This document shows, piece by piece, positions 1 through 9,464 of a stretch of 60,184 nucleotides of DNA. Position 1 is the stretch's first letter. Every line of letters begins with the position of its first letter. Under the pieces are notes generated by a model that saw only the letters and a program-made list of their open reading frames with translations, had not been told where the DNA came from and did no database searches. Origin of the DNA: Bacteroidales bacterium. Lineage in GTDB: Bacteria; Bacteroidota; Bacteroidia; Bacteroidales; VadinHA17. The stretch covers positions 1 through 60,184 of the forward strand of contig JAHYJA010000001.1 in assembly GCA_019429325.1 (NCBI GenBank). Direction: 5' to 3'. A program made the position numbers and the translations under genes.

Positions 1-10
1 GGGGGGGGGG
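1..10. other. Poly-G run at contig edge, probably a sequencing/assembly artefact
   Basis: Ten consecutive G at the extreme 5' end, with no counterpart elsewhere in the window. Confidence 0.5.
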
Positions 11-63
11 TCTTGTGTACCGTTCGGTTGCGATCCGTGCTGATAATGTTTACCCGCAGGTTA

Positions 64-1374
64 TCAGAACCTGTAAGACAATCCCGAGAATATGCCGAAT
101 GAATAGGGATGGGTTCTTAAGCCCGGCACGTTTGTGAAAGGATTAAGATAATATCTGAATGTCGGTTCGAGGTTAAAGGATATTCTGTCAGAAAAGTTAT
201 ATTCCATTCCCATTCCGAGGGAGCTGCTTATTGTGAAAGGATTGAGCCCTTCCGTTTTTCCGACTGCAAGCCTGCCGGCATCCGAGGTGGTATAGACTGA
301 ATTGTTTACCAGCAGGTTATAGGATAATCCTCCTATCAGGTTGAAGTCGATGGCTCTGTTCATCAGTTTATATCTGATAATAACCGGCATCTCTATATAG
401 CTGAAGCTTTGCTGCAGTGAGCTGTTCATATAATCAAGCTCCGATTTGACAGGGTCGAACACATCGTTGGTATAGGCAGTGAGTACTCTGTCGGCGCTCC
501 TGTCAATAAGGAACACATCCGAGTTGTTTGTATAGATTGTACCGCTTGACGTGAGTACCCTGAAGTTGGCATCGCCCTTTGTATAATCGTAACGCTGGAA
601 GCCTGCGTATGAGCTTATTCCGGCGACCTCCTGCCCGACTGAGGCATAATAGATACCTGACTGAATGCTAAGTTTTTTACTAAGTCTGTAAGCAAAACCG
701 ACCCCGCCTGAATAAGATACCCGGGTCTGTTCGGATGCCATCAGCTGTTTTGAGAGCTCGTCACCGGAGGCGGCAAATCCGTTATAGTATATAGGGGATG
801 CGAGTGCGGACAATGACCATCTGGGGGACCTCTCCTTTACGTCTTCATAATAGGGATCTGCACCGCGGGTCTCGTCGATTCCCGGGTAACGGATAATACC
901 TGTCCGGTAGAGTGCCGAGACAGGTCCGGGCGGCGAGATCAACTCATTATATGAAAAGTTGTCTGTTGCGGCGGGATATCCGGTCTCGTCCGGGCTTACA
1001 ATGTTTTCTGCAAGTTGAACAGATTCATTTATTACAACCTGCTCCCTCAGGGGAACTGTTTCCATTCTCCTGTTATCCCTGAAAGTCTGGACCGGGGGAG
1101 AAGGATTGCCGGCCATCATCTGATCAGTTAACTCATTAATTGCCGGAAGAAGGTTCTCAGCAGAAACCTGTAATTCCCTGTTGTAGCGGTATACAATTAC
1201 ACTGAGGGATAAAAGCACTGCAATCATCGCGGCAGAGCGGAGAAATAGAAACGGGGCCGCCTTTTTTCTTATCGCCGGCCGGATATTTGCCCAGGCCCCG
1301 ACGGGAGGAAGTACTTCAAGATCCTTCAGGCCGTTCCTGAACAGGAGATCAATATTTGCTCTGCTGTTATCCAT
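64..1374 (-). CDS. Anti-sigma-like membrane protein with a C-terminal outer-membrane beta-barrel-type domain
   Basis: Its start overlaps the stop of the upstream ECF sigma gene by 8 nt. It has a short N-terminal cytoplasmic segment followed by one hydrophobic helix (FLFLRSAAMIAVLLSLSVIVY). The C-terminal ~250 aa show an alternating aromatic/polar beta-strand pattern ending in ...GLSYRF (terminal Phe). Confidence 0.6.
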   Translation of the reverse strand: MDNSRANIDLLFRNGLKDLEVLPPVGAWANIRPAIRKKAAPFLFLRSAAMIAVLLSLSVIVYRYNRELQVSAENLLPAINELTDQMMAGNPSPPVQTFRDNRRMETVPLREQVVINESVQLAENIVSPDETGYPAATDNFSYNELISPPGPVSALYRTGIIRYPGIDETRGADPYYEDVKERSPRWSLSALASPIYYNGFAASGDELSKQLMASEQTRVSYSGGVGFAYRLSKKLSIQSGIYYASVGQEVAGISSYAGFQRYDYTKGDANFRVLTSSGTIYTNNSDVFLIDRSADRVLTAYTNDVFDPVKSELDYMNSSLQQSFSYIEMPVIIRYKLMNRAIDFNLIGGLSYNLLVNNSVYTTSDAGRLAVGKTEGLNPFTISSSLGMGMEYNFSDRISFNLEPTFRYYLNPFTNVPGLRTHPYSFGIFSGLSYRF

Positions 1375-1927
1375 TGACGATCTGTTTTTGAATTCCCGTA
1401 AAAAGATTCACTTTCCGCTGAAGAATAGCCCGTGCCCTCGAAAGATTTGATTTTGAGGTCCCTTCGGAGATGTTGATCATCCTGCTGATCTCCTTGTGGG
1501 AATAACCTTCGATGGCAAAGAGGTTGAACACCATTCTGTATTTGGGAGGAAGATCCCTGATAATGTCGAGCAGATCGATAGCTTCGAGGCCTGTATTATG
1601 CTCATTATAGGTCTCCGATTCGCTCTCCGGCAACAGATCAATATCATCAACCCTGTAGAGGTGGTTCCTGCTGCGGAATTTCTCCAGTGCAGTGTTGACA
1701 ATAATACGGCGCATCCATCCTTCAAAAGAACCTTCATTCTTATAATGCACGAGATTCTCAAAGATCTTGATGAACCCTTCCTGTAAAACATCCCGTGCCT
1801 CTTCATCATTGCCGGAATACTGAAGGCATACAGCATACAATCTTGATGCATGCCGCCGGTACAGAAGCTCCTGATCTCTTCTGTTGCCAGCCAGACAACC
1901 CTTTATGATATTTTTCAAGTCTGGCAA
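1367..1927 (-). CDS. ECF-type RNA polymerase sigma-70 family factor
   Basis: 186 aa. Region 2 (DVLQEGFIKIFENL, WMRRIIVNTALEKFR) and region 4 (PPKYRMVFNLFAIEGYSHKEISRMINISEGTSKSNLSRAR) are recognisable. TTG start. Confidence 0.85.
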   Translation of the reverse strand: MPDLKNIIKGCLAGNRRDQELLYRRHASRLYAVCLQYSGNDEEARDVLQEGFIKIFENLVHYKNEGSFEGWMRRIIVNTALEKFRSRNHLYRVDDIDLLPESESETYNEHNTGLEAIDLLDIIRDLPPKYRMVFNLFAIEGYSHKEISRMINISEGTSKSNLSRARAILQRKVNLFTGIQKQIVNG

Positions 1928-2033
1928 GGTCTAAACCTTTAACAAACTATAAAGATATAATAAATCTGTCTGAAATGCCAGCATTCCACACAAGAAAGAT
2001 GCTGATAATGGAAAAAAGGTTGCGTCGGAGTTA

Positions 2034-3428
2034 CTATAAATGAATAACCTCATCATAAGCTGCTGCTGCTGCTTCCATAATTGCCTCTGACATAGTCGGA
2101 TGCGGGTGAATCGATTTGATTATCTCATGGGCTGTCGTCTCGAGTTTCCTGGCAACAACGATCTCTGCTATCATTTCAGTGACACTTGATCCGATCATGT
2201 GGGCACCCAGCATTTCACCATAGGCTGAATCAAAAATAAGCTTCACAAAACCTTCTTTTGCACCTGCTGAGCTTGCTTTACCGGAGGCAGTAAACGGGAA
2301 CTTACCGACTTTTATCTCATAGCCTGCCTCCCTTGCTGCAGATTCCGTGAGCCCGCATGAGGCTATTTCGGGGCTCGTGTAGGTGCAGGCAGGAACATTT
2401 TTATAATCCAGAGGATCAGGATCCATTCCGGCCATCTTTTCCACGCAGATAATGCCCTCAGCTGAGGCTACATGGGCCAGAGCCGGTCCGTGGACAATAT
2501 CGCCGATGGCACATACCCCCGGTATTGTGGTCCTGTAATATTCATCAACCACCACCTTGCCCTTTTCCAGTCCAATACCATGTTCCTCAAGCCCCAGTCC
2601 CTCAGTGTTAGGCACCACTCCGGCGGCTGACAGAACTATTTCTGCTTCAATAATTTCCTGACCTCCTCCCTGGGTCCTGACAGTTACCCTGCAATTTTCG
2701 CCTGAAGTGTCTGCCGACTCAACCGATGACCCGGTAAGTATCTTTATTTTACGTTTCTTAAAGGATCTCTCCAGCTGCTTTGAGACCTCCTCATCCTCGT
2801 TGGGAACGATCCGCGGGAGAAACTCAACCAGTGTCACATCAGTGCCCAGTGTCCGGTAGAAATCAGCAAACTCGCAACCAATGGCTCCCGATCCGACGAT
2901 CACCATCGACGCGGGTTGTTTTTCAAGGCTCATGGCTTCCCTGTATCCGATAATCTTCCTTCCATCCTGTTTAAGCCCGGGCAGCTCCTTCGAGCGGGCG
3001 CCGGTGGCCACTATAATATTTCCGGCCGAATAGCTTTTTCTGTTACCCTCCATGTCTTCAACCTCAACGCTGTTCTGCCCGGAAAGACGGCCCGACCCTT
3101 CAATGAGAACAATATTGTTCTTTTTGAAAAGGAACCGGACTCCCCTGCTCATTCCTTCCGCAACGCCACGGCTTCTGGCGATAACAGCCGCGAAATCGGC
3201 TTTGACCTCTCCTCCGGTCACTATTCCGTAATCTGAAGCATGGTTAATATATTCGAGGACCTGTGCGCTCTTTAACAGCGATTTGGTCGGGATACAGCCC
3301 CAGTTCAGGCATACTCCGCCCGGCTCAGCTCTTTCAATAATGGCTACTCTCATTTTCAGCTGTGAAGCCCTTATTCCTGCGACATAACCGCCCGGGCCGC
3401 TTCCAATTATAATAAGATCAAAATCCAT
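2034..3428 (-). CDS. lpdA: Dihydrolipoyl dehydrogenase (E3 component)
   Basis: FAD motif GSGPGGY, redox-active disulfide CLNWGCIPTK, NAD motif GSGAIGCEF and C-terminal HPHPTMSE interface motif. 464 aa. Confidence 0.9.
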   Translation of the reverse strand: MDFDLIIIGSGPGGYVAGIRASQLKMRVAIIERAEPGGVCLNWGCIPTKSLLKSAQVLEYINHASDYGIVTGGEVKADFAAVIARSRGVAEGMSRGVRFLFKKNNIVLIEGSGRLSGQNSVEVEDMEGNRKSYSAGNIIVATGARSKELPGLKQDGRKIIGYREAMSLEKQPASMVIVGSGAIGCEFADFYRTLGTDVTLVEFLPRIVPNEDEEVSKQLERSFKKRKIKILTGSSVESADTSGENCRVTVRTQGGGQEIIEAEIVLSAAGVVPNTEGLGLEEHGIGLEKGKVVVDEYYRTTIPGVCAIGDIVHGPALAHVASAEGIICVEKMAGMDPDPLDYKNVPACTYTSPEIASCGLTESAAREAGYEIKVGKFPFTASGKASSAGAKEGFVKLIFDSAYGEMLGAHMIGSSVTEMIAEIVVARKLETTAHEIIKSIHPHPTMSEAIMEAAAAAYDEVIHL

Positions 3429-3470
3429 GGCATATAATTTTTACTTGATTAATTCCTGACTAAAAAAAGC

Positions 3471-3503
3471 CTTCCGTCTTCGGTCTTCGGTCTTCGGTCT
3501 TCT
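3471..3503. repeat. Heptamer tandem array (CTTCSGT) x ~4.7
   Basis: cttccgt cttcggt cttcggt cttcggt cttct, between the znuB stop and the lpdA start. The same unit recurs at 57011-57024, 59651-59699 and 59888-59907. Confidence 0.9.
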
Positions 3504-3522
3504 CTATAAATATCCTGAGCAT

Positions 3523-4341
3523 CTATGGCGTACTTTTCACTGTCAGCTTTCTTACTATTTTACCTGCAACCCAGAGCAGAACAAGGGTGAAAATTATTGT
3601 CGCACCCACGGGTATCCCGGCCAGGTATGATATTGCATAACCCCCTGCGGTACCCGCGAAGGCCGCGACCACCGACCATACGACGATCCTGCTGTACACT
3701 TTTGTGAACAGCATCGCAATATTCGGAGGGATGGTAAGGAGCGAAATAACAAGCACAACCCCTGCCATCCTGATATTCAGAACTATCGTCAGGGCTATCA
3801 GGCTGGTGGTAAGATACTTGATTATATTGACATACGAGGAGTAAGTACGTGCAAATTCCTCATCGAATGATATGTAAAGAATTGTACGGTAGAAGATAAG
3901 GAAATAGAGGATAAGGACCGCCGACAAAATTCCCAGAGCGATGATATCAGCATTTGTTACGGTAAGTATACTGCCGAAAAGGTAACTCATTAGGTTCGGA
4001 GTGTAACCGGGCGTAAGATAAATGAAGATTATTCCTACTGCCATGCCGAAAGCCCATAAGATTCCGATGGCGGAATCCTCCCTGATCTTCTGTTTAACCG
4101 CAAGGTATTCCACTCCCAGGGCCGACAGGATCCCAAAAATGGCGGCGCCGGCTATGGGATTGAATCCCGCAAAATAACCGATCCCTATTCCTCCGAATGA
4201 AGCATGTGTTATACCACCACTCAGGAAAACCATTTTGCGTGTTACGATATATGTTCCTGCCAGCCCGGCTGTAATACTTGCAAAAATGGCGCCCAGCAAT
4301 CCTTTTATGATAAATCCGTATTGAAAAATATTTTCCTCCAC
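3523..4341 (-). CDS. znuB: Zinc ABC transporter permease
   Basis: 272 aa polytopic membrane protein of the ABC-3 family type. It is the last gene of a three-gene operon with an ATPase and a His-rich-loop binding protein. Its GTG start overlaps the znuC stop by 1 nt (TAGTG). Confidence 0.75.
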   Translation of the reverse strand: MEENIFQYGFIIKGLLGAIFASITAGLAGTYIVTRKMVFLSGGITHASFGGIGIGYFAGFNPIAGAAIFGILSALGVEYLAVKQKIREDSAIGILWAFGMAVGIIFIYLTPGYTPNLMSYLFGSILTVTNADIIALGILSAVLILYFLIFYRTILYISFDEEFARTYSSYVNIIKYLTTSLIALTIVLNIRMAGVVLVISLLTIPPNIAMLFTKVYSRIVVWSVVAAFAGTAGGYAISYLAGIPVGATIIFTLVLLWVAGKIVRKLTVKSTP

Positions 4342-5087
4342 TATTGGTGATATTTGAGAACTGTATGAGGAACATCACCATGAGTTATCAGCTGTATCGG
4401 GCATCCGTATGCAAGCAGCTGCTCGTTGGTTATCTCCGAAGAGGGATGATAGTGAAGCGTCTTGTTCACACAGGCAAACGATTTGACATAAGATGAGATC
4501 GTTCCTATATCATGCGAGACCATAAGAATGGCCATACGGTCGTTGAGTTCGCGCAGTTTTCCGTAAAAATCATTCTCGAAATTGGCATCCACGAAATTTC
4601 CGGGTTCATCGAGCAGAAGCAGTTTCGGGTCCCCTATAATGGCACGGCCAAGGAAAACCCTCTGAAGCTGACCGCCCGACAACTCGTTCAGCGGCGAAAG
4701 TGCCATTTCCGACAATCCGAGCTCCTCAATAACTTCAGAAGCCCTGTTCCTGTCTGCTGACGACATGGCGGGTACAAAGCTCTTTCTGATCATCAGCCCT
4801 GAAAGCAGGACATCTTTTACTGTAACCGGATAGCTTAGATCACCGGTCTGCAGCTGGGGCAGATACCCGATGCTCTTGCTGCTGACAAGGCTGCTGTTGA
4901 AACTGATACCTCCCTTAAATGGTTTTACCAGTCCGAGAATTACTTTCAGCAGAGTTGTTTTTCCTCCGCCATTGGGCCCGATAACTCCGACAAAATCATG
5001 CTCATTCACTTTGAAATCGACATCTTCAAGAACAGCACTGCCATTATATGATACTGATAAAGAGCTTATTTCAAACAGGTACGCCAT
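4341..5087 (-). CDS. znuC: Zinc ABC transporter ATP-binding protein
   Basis: Walker A GPNGGGKTT, signature LSGGQLQRV and Walker B LLLLDEP. The start is trimmed to MAYLFEISSL; the longer ORF-track N-terminus runs into znuA. Confidence 0.8.
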   Translation of the reverse strand: MAYLFEISSLSVSYNGSAVLEDVDFKVNEHDFVGVIGPNGGGKTTLLKVILGLVKPFKGGISFNSSLVSSKSIGYLPQLQTGDLSYPVTVKDVLLSGLMIRKSFVPAMSSADRNRASEVIEELGLSEMALSPLNELSGGQLQRVFLGRAIIGDPKLLLLDEPGNFVDANFENDFYGKLRELNDRMAILMVSHDIGTISSYVKSFACVNKTLHYHPSSEITNEQLLAYGCPIQLITHGDVPHTVLKYHQ

Positions 5088-5103
5088 TCTGTCAAATTGG
5101 TGT

Positions 5104-5985
5104 TCATCTTGTAAAGCTAACGTGCAGGGCATTGATAATATCCATTGTTGCATTAAGCCAGTCCTCCGACAGGGGATCAATAGTCAGGATCTCAGCGCCC
5201 GTCTCACCTGCAATTGTCCTCGCATTCCTGGTATCATGCTCCCGTTGAATGAAAATTGATCTGATATTTTCCTTCCTGGCCCTGTCAATCAGTTTCTTCA
5301 TGTGTGATGGAGAGGGTTCTTTCCCTTCATGCTCAAGGGATATCTCCTCAAGACCGTAATCCCTGGCGAGGTAGCCCAGTGAGGGATGAAATATCATAAA
5401 TGCCTTGTTCTCAACATCCTTAAACAGTGCTACAGCTATACTGTCCGCCTCTTCGATCTTTCCGGCCAGGCGCTCGTAATTTGATCCGTATTCATCAGCT
5501 TTTTCCGGATTGAGCTCCTTCAGCATATCCCTGACCGAGACAGCAATGATCAGGGCAGACCGTAGGGAGACCCAGTAATGCGGATCGGCTCCTTCAACAT
5601 GGTCGCCGGAATGTTCATGCTCAGCAACAATAGGATCGATCCTGTCGCCAATATTGAGCTTTTTCATTCGGGTATTAGCCTCATAGAAACGGTCGAGCCA
5701 TGTCATCTCAAAGCCAAGGAAACCGTTGCTGACATAAGCCACTGATCTGCGAAGATACCTCATCTGCCCCGGGTAGGGCTCATAGATATGGGGATCTGCC
5801 CCTGCAGGGACCATCACATTCACAGAGAAATCATTGCCGCCAATCTGTTCGATAAAGTACTTAAAGGGAGCAATGCTTACTGAAATTACAGGATCTGTAA
5901 GCGCCGGCCCCCTACTGCCGCACGACGTCATAAAGATAATTGCCGGAATTATCAGAATCCGGAGCATCATTCTATTTAAATTCAT
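5104..5985 (-). CDS. znuA: Zinc ABC transporter substrate-binding lipoprotein
   Basis: Lipoprotein signal (MNLNRMMLRILIIPAIIFMTSCGS) and an acidic His-rich loop AEHEHSGDHVEGADPH typical of ZnuA. The start is trimmed from 6012 to the Met preceding the signal peptide. Confidence 0.75.
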   Translation of the reverse strand: MNLNRMMLRILIIPAIIFMTSCGSRGPALTDPVISVSIAPFKYFIEQIGGNDFSVNVMVPAGADPHIYEPYPGQMRYLRRSVAYVSNGFLGFEMTWLDRFYEANTRMKKLNIGDRIDPIVAEHEHSGDHVEGADPHYWVSLRSALIIAVSVRDMLKELNPEKADEYGSNYERLAGKIEEADSIAVALFKDVENKAFMIFHPSLGYLARDYGLEEISLEHEGKEPSPSHMKKLIDRARKENIRSIFIQREHDTRNARTIAGETGAEILTIDPLSEDWLNATMDIINALHVSFTR

Positions 5986-6007
5986 TACAGGTACAAATTT
6001 AACATAT

Positions 6008-6031
6008 AACACTTCAAAAGGATTAAGTGTT
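6008..6031. promoter_or_regulatory. 7-bp inverted repeat AACACTT-N10-AAGTGTT; candidate operator in the znuA / M14 divergent region
   Basis: A perfect inverted repeat lies 23-46 nt upstream of the trimmed znuA start. Its identity as a Zur-type box is not established. Confidence 0.3.
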
Positions 6032-6051
6032 GCAAATAAAATAATATAAGC

Positions 6052-6059
6052 TATTTTTG
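6052..6059 (+). promoter_or_regulatory. Bacteroidota -7 promoter box (TAnnTTTG)
   Basis: TATTTTTG lies 32 nt upstream of the ATG at 6091. Confidence 0.45.
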
Positions 6060-6090
6060 GTTTCTCAATATTTAAATTCCCTCCTGAAAG

Positions 6091-7707
6091 ATGAAGATGA
6101 ATTCAAGAATTCTGATCATGGCATTGATTGTCATTCCTCTGCTCTCCGGCACACCGGCCGCAGGGCAATACAACAATTACAGCCGGATGACGCAGATCAT
6201 TAAGAATCTTGCATCGGAATACTCTTCCGTATGCAGTGCGAGATCGCTTGTAAAAACTGCCGGAGGCAAAGATATCTGGCTTTTGTCGGTAGGAACAGGC
6301 GATCGCGATAATAAACCGGCAATAGCAATTATCGGAGGCGTTGAAGGAAATCACATACTGGGAAAAGAGCTCGCTCTCGGTTTCGCCTCTTCGCTGCTGA
6401 AGGATTATCAGACACCGGAGGTAAGGGATCTTCTTAACCGCCTGACTTTTTACATAATTCCCGACGTAAGTCCGGACGCAACCGAGCAGTTCTTCGCCGG
6501 CCTGAAATATGAAAGAATCCTTAATGCCCGTCCGGTTGATGATGACAGGGATTTTTCGGTCAGTGAGGATCCCTTCGAGGACCTTAACCAGGATGGTTAC
6601 ATTACTCTGGTTCGCATCAGGGATCCCTCAGGTTCATACATGGAAAGCCCTGAAGATAAAAGGATCATGGTGACAGCTGACCTGGCGGAAGGGCAGGCGG
6701 GAAGCTGGCTTGTGATAAGCGAAGGGATTGATAACGACAAAGACGGAAGGTTCAATGAAGATGGTGAAGGCGGGGTCTGTTTCAACAGGAACTTCTCCTT
6801 CAATTATGAGGAGTTCGGACCCGGCGCCGGCCTTCATGCCGTGTCAGAACCTGAATCAAAAGCCGTTGCAGATTTTCTGTTCGACAGATTTAATATTTAT
6901 GCAACTTTTTCTTTTGGCCCTCAGGATAATCTCGGACAGCCGATGAAAGCCTCTGACCGTCCGGCACAGGGAAGAATGGTTACAAGCATTACTAAAAGCG
7001 ACGAGACAATAAACAAACTCGTATCGGATAAATATCACGAGATCACCGGAGCGAAAGGGGCCCCTGCAGCACCAGACTCAAGGGGTAATTTCATGGAATG
7101 GGCATACTACCACTATGGGAGATACAGTTTCAGCACTCCGGGCTGGTGGTATCCCGTGGAAAAGGGCAAAAACAACGAAGCAGCTTTCCTGAGATTTGCT
7201 GAAAAGAACAAAATGAACGATGTGTTTGTTCCCTGGACCGCCATCAATCATCCGGATTTTCCCGGGAAGCAGGCTGAAGTGGGAGGTATAAAGCCTTTTG
7301 CAATGATCAATCCTCCTGCTGATACACTCCCTGACCTGATCAGTGCAAACTACAGATTCATAAAGGCCATTGCGGAATTGCATCCCGAACTGGAGTTCCT
7401 TGATCTTAAAACAGAGAACCCCGGAGAGGATGTCTACCGGCTGACACTGAAAGTACATAATAAAGGTATTTTCGCAACCTGTGCAGAGGTCGGGAATCAG
7501 AATATCTGGACAAGAATTATGAGAATTACCGTTGAGCCCTCTAAAGGACAGACGATCCTGAGCGGACAGAAGGTCCAGAGGATCCCGAGGCTCGGGGGTG
7601 ATCAGTCGGAAGAGTTCTCCTGGCTGATCTCCGGAAAAGGGAATGTAACGATCAGGGCCGGTGCAATCAATACCGGTACAATAACCGAAACAATAAACCT
7701 GAGATAA
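6091..7707 (+). CDS. Secreted M14 (zinc carboxypeptidase) family homologue, predicted catalytically inactive
   Basis: It has a signal peptide and aligns without gaps to the downstream paralogue through the M14 core. The HxxE site reads ExxH (GGVEGNHILGKE vs GNIHSNEIQGTE). The second zinc His is Gly (FSFGPQD vs QSFHNSG). The general-base Glu is Pro (STPGW vs SNELW). It retains NRNF and the Asp-rich DNDKDGRFNEDG loops. Confidence 0.6.
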   Translation: MKMNSRILIMALIVIPLLSGTPAAGQYNNYSRMTQIIKNLASEYSSVCSARSLVKTAGGKDIWLLSVGTGDRDNKPAIAIIGGVEGNHILGKELALGFASSLLKDYQTPEVRDLLNRLTFYIIPDVSPDATEQFFAGLKYERILNARPVDDDRDFSVSEDPFEDLNQDGYITLVRIRDPSGSYMESPEDKRIMVTADLAEGQAGSWLVISEGIDNDKDGRFNEDGEGGVCFNRNFSFNYEEFGPGAGLHAVSEPESKAVADFLFDRFNIYATFSFGPQDNLGQPMKASDRPAQGRMVTSITKSDETINKLVSDKYHEITGAKGAPAAPDSRGNFMEWAYYHYGRYSFSTPGWWYPVEKGKNNEAAFLRFAEKNKMNDVFVPWTAINHPDFPGKQAEVGGIKPFAMINPPADTLPDLISANYRFIKAIAELHPELEFLDLKTENPGEDVYRLTLKVHNKGIFATCAEVGNQNIWTRIMRITVEPSKGQTILSGQKVQRIPRLGGDQSEEFSWLISGKGNVTIRAGAINTGTITETINLR

Positions 7708-7727
7708 TCCTTTATAAAACGATCATC

Positions 7728-9458
7728 ATGAAAACCACGATAATAAAATCTCTTCTGATTTTCTTTTTCTCATCACTATCTCCTGCACTCTGTTCCCAGA
7801 GCGCGGAGTTGTTCTTCAAAGCGGCCGGATCTCCTGCAAATCCGAAGGTTCAGGTCTCCTGGAACAAGTATTATACATACCAGGGAATTACCGATCTGTG
7901 CCGAAGACTTGAAAAGGCTTATCCCGATCTTGTTACAATGGAATCTGCAGGCAAATCATATCAGGGAAGGGACATCATTGCCCTGACAATCTCCTGCAAA
8001 AAGAACATGGACCCCGGCCTGAAGCCAGGTTTCTATATCGACGGCAATATCCACTCAAATGAGATCCAGGGTACCGAGATGGCTCTCTACACAGCCTGGT
8101 ACCTTTGCGAAATGTTCGGGGAGAACCAGTTCATCAACAAGCTTCTGAAAGACAAGGTGTTCTATATATTACCGACCATAAATCCTGATGCAAGGGAATA
8201 CTTCATGCACGAACCGAACACCGCGAGTTCACCAAGATCGGGTCTGGTACCGGTCGATAACGACCGCGACGGCCTGTATGATGAGGACGGATATGACGAT
8301 CTCAATGGTGACGGGATGATCAGCCAGATGAGAAGAAAAAATCCCGATGGCCAGTACAGGGCCGATCCGAAGGACCCCCGGAGAATGGTCCGGGTTGCTC
8401 CCGGGGAAAAGGGTGATTATGAGCTGCTGGGGCTCGAGGGAATTGATAATGACGGCGACGGACTGGTTAACGAGGATGGTCCGGGAGGATATGATCCTAA
8501 CCGCGACTGGGGCTTCAACTGGCAGCCTGCCTATGTTCAGTCGGGTGCAGGAAAATACCCTTTTACCTTTCCTGAGAATCAGGCGGTCCGCGATTTTGGG
8601 TTAAAACACAGGAATATTGCAGCTTCACAGTCTTTCCATAACTCGGGAGGAATGATCCTGCGGGGACCCTCCATTCAGGGAGGAGGAGCGGAGGTTTACA
8701 GCCGGGCCGACGAGGAGGCAATAAACGCAATAGGAAAGAAAGGGGAACTGATCATTCCCGGATACAGATTCCTGACAATCTGGAAAGACCTTTACACGGT
8801 TTACGGCGGGGAAGTGGACTGGTGGTATGGCGCCATGGGATCGTACGTCTATTCCAACGAACTCTGGACCAGCTATCTTATGTTCTACGACACTGCAAAC
8901 ACCGACCAGTATGAGTTTGACAGGCTTCTCCTTTTTGAAGATGCCTTCATACCATGGCAGGAGGTGGATCATCCAGTCTATGGCAAGGTGGAGGTTGGCG
9001 GGTTCAGCAAGAATTTCGGCAGAACGCACCCCGGGTTCCTTCTGGAATCGGACGCTCACAGGAACGCTGCATTCTGTATATATAATGCATGGGTGACCCC
9101 TGAGCTGGTGGTCTCGGATGTAAAAGTAAAGAATCTCGGGAGCGGACTTAAGGAGGTCACAGCCACCGTGTCAAACAGGCAGTTGCTCCCAACCCATTCA
9201 GGAACCAACCTGCGGTATAAGATTGATCCTCCGGATTATTGCTATATCGAAGGCGGGACAGTTATTGCAGGGATGATCGTTATTGATGCTGACAGGAACA
9301 TCAACGCAGAACAGAAAAGGAATCCCGCGAGGATTGAAATAGAAAATATTGCCGGCTACCAGAGCATTAAACTTAAATGGCTGGTAAAGGGCGGCAATAA
9401 TTTCACTGTGCGGGTTGAGAGCGTAAAGGGGGGACGTGCCTCAGCCCGGTCCGAATAG
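7728..9458 (+). CDS. Secreted M14 family zinc carboxypeptidase
   Basis: Signal peptide, zinc motif HSNE, NRDW, second His in SFHNSGG and catalytic Glu in YSNELW. Two DxDxDG-type Asp-rich loops are present (DNDRDGLYDEDG, DNDGDGLVNEDG). Confidence 0.75.
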   Translation: MKTTIIKSLLIFFFSSLSPALCSQSAELFFKAAGSPANPKVQVSWNKYYTYQGITDLCRRLEKAYPDLVTMESAGKSYQGRDIIALTISCKKNMDPGLKPGFYIDGNIHSNEIQGTEMALYTAWYLCEMFGENQFINKLLKDKVFYILPTINPDAREYFMHEPNTASSPRSGLVPVDNDRDGLYDEDGYDDLNGDGMISQMRRKNPDGQYRADPKDPRRMVRVAPGEKGDYELLGLEGIDNDGDGLVNEDGPGGYDPNRDWGFNWQPAYVQSGAGKYPFTFPENQAVRDFGLKHRNIAASQSFHNSGGMILRGPSIQGGGAEVYSRADEEAINAIGKKGELIIPGYRFLTIWKDLYTVYGGEVDWWYGAMGSYVYSNELWTSYLMFYDTANTDQYEFDRLLLFEDAFIPWQEVDHPVYGKVEVGGFSKNFGRTHPGFLLESDAHRNAAFCIYNAWVTPELVVSDVKVKNLGSGLKEVTATVSNRQLLPTHSGTNLRYKIDPPDYCYIEGGTVIAGMIVIDADRNINAEQKRNPARIEIENIAGYQSIKLKWLVKGGNNFTVRVESVKGGRASARSE

Positions 9459-9464
9459 CTCAGA

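Noticed and set aside
1-10. The G10 run as a biological feature (G-quadruplex or telomere-like).
   Set aside because: It is only 10 nt at the extreme contig edge. A sequencing or assembly artefact is the simpler explanation.
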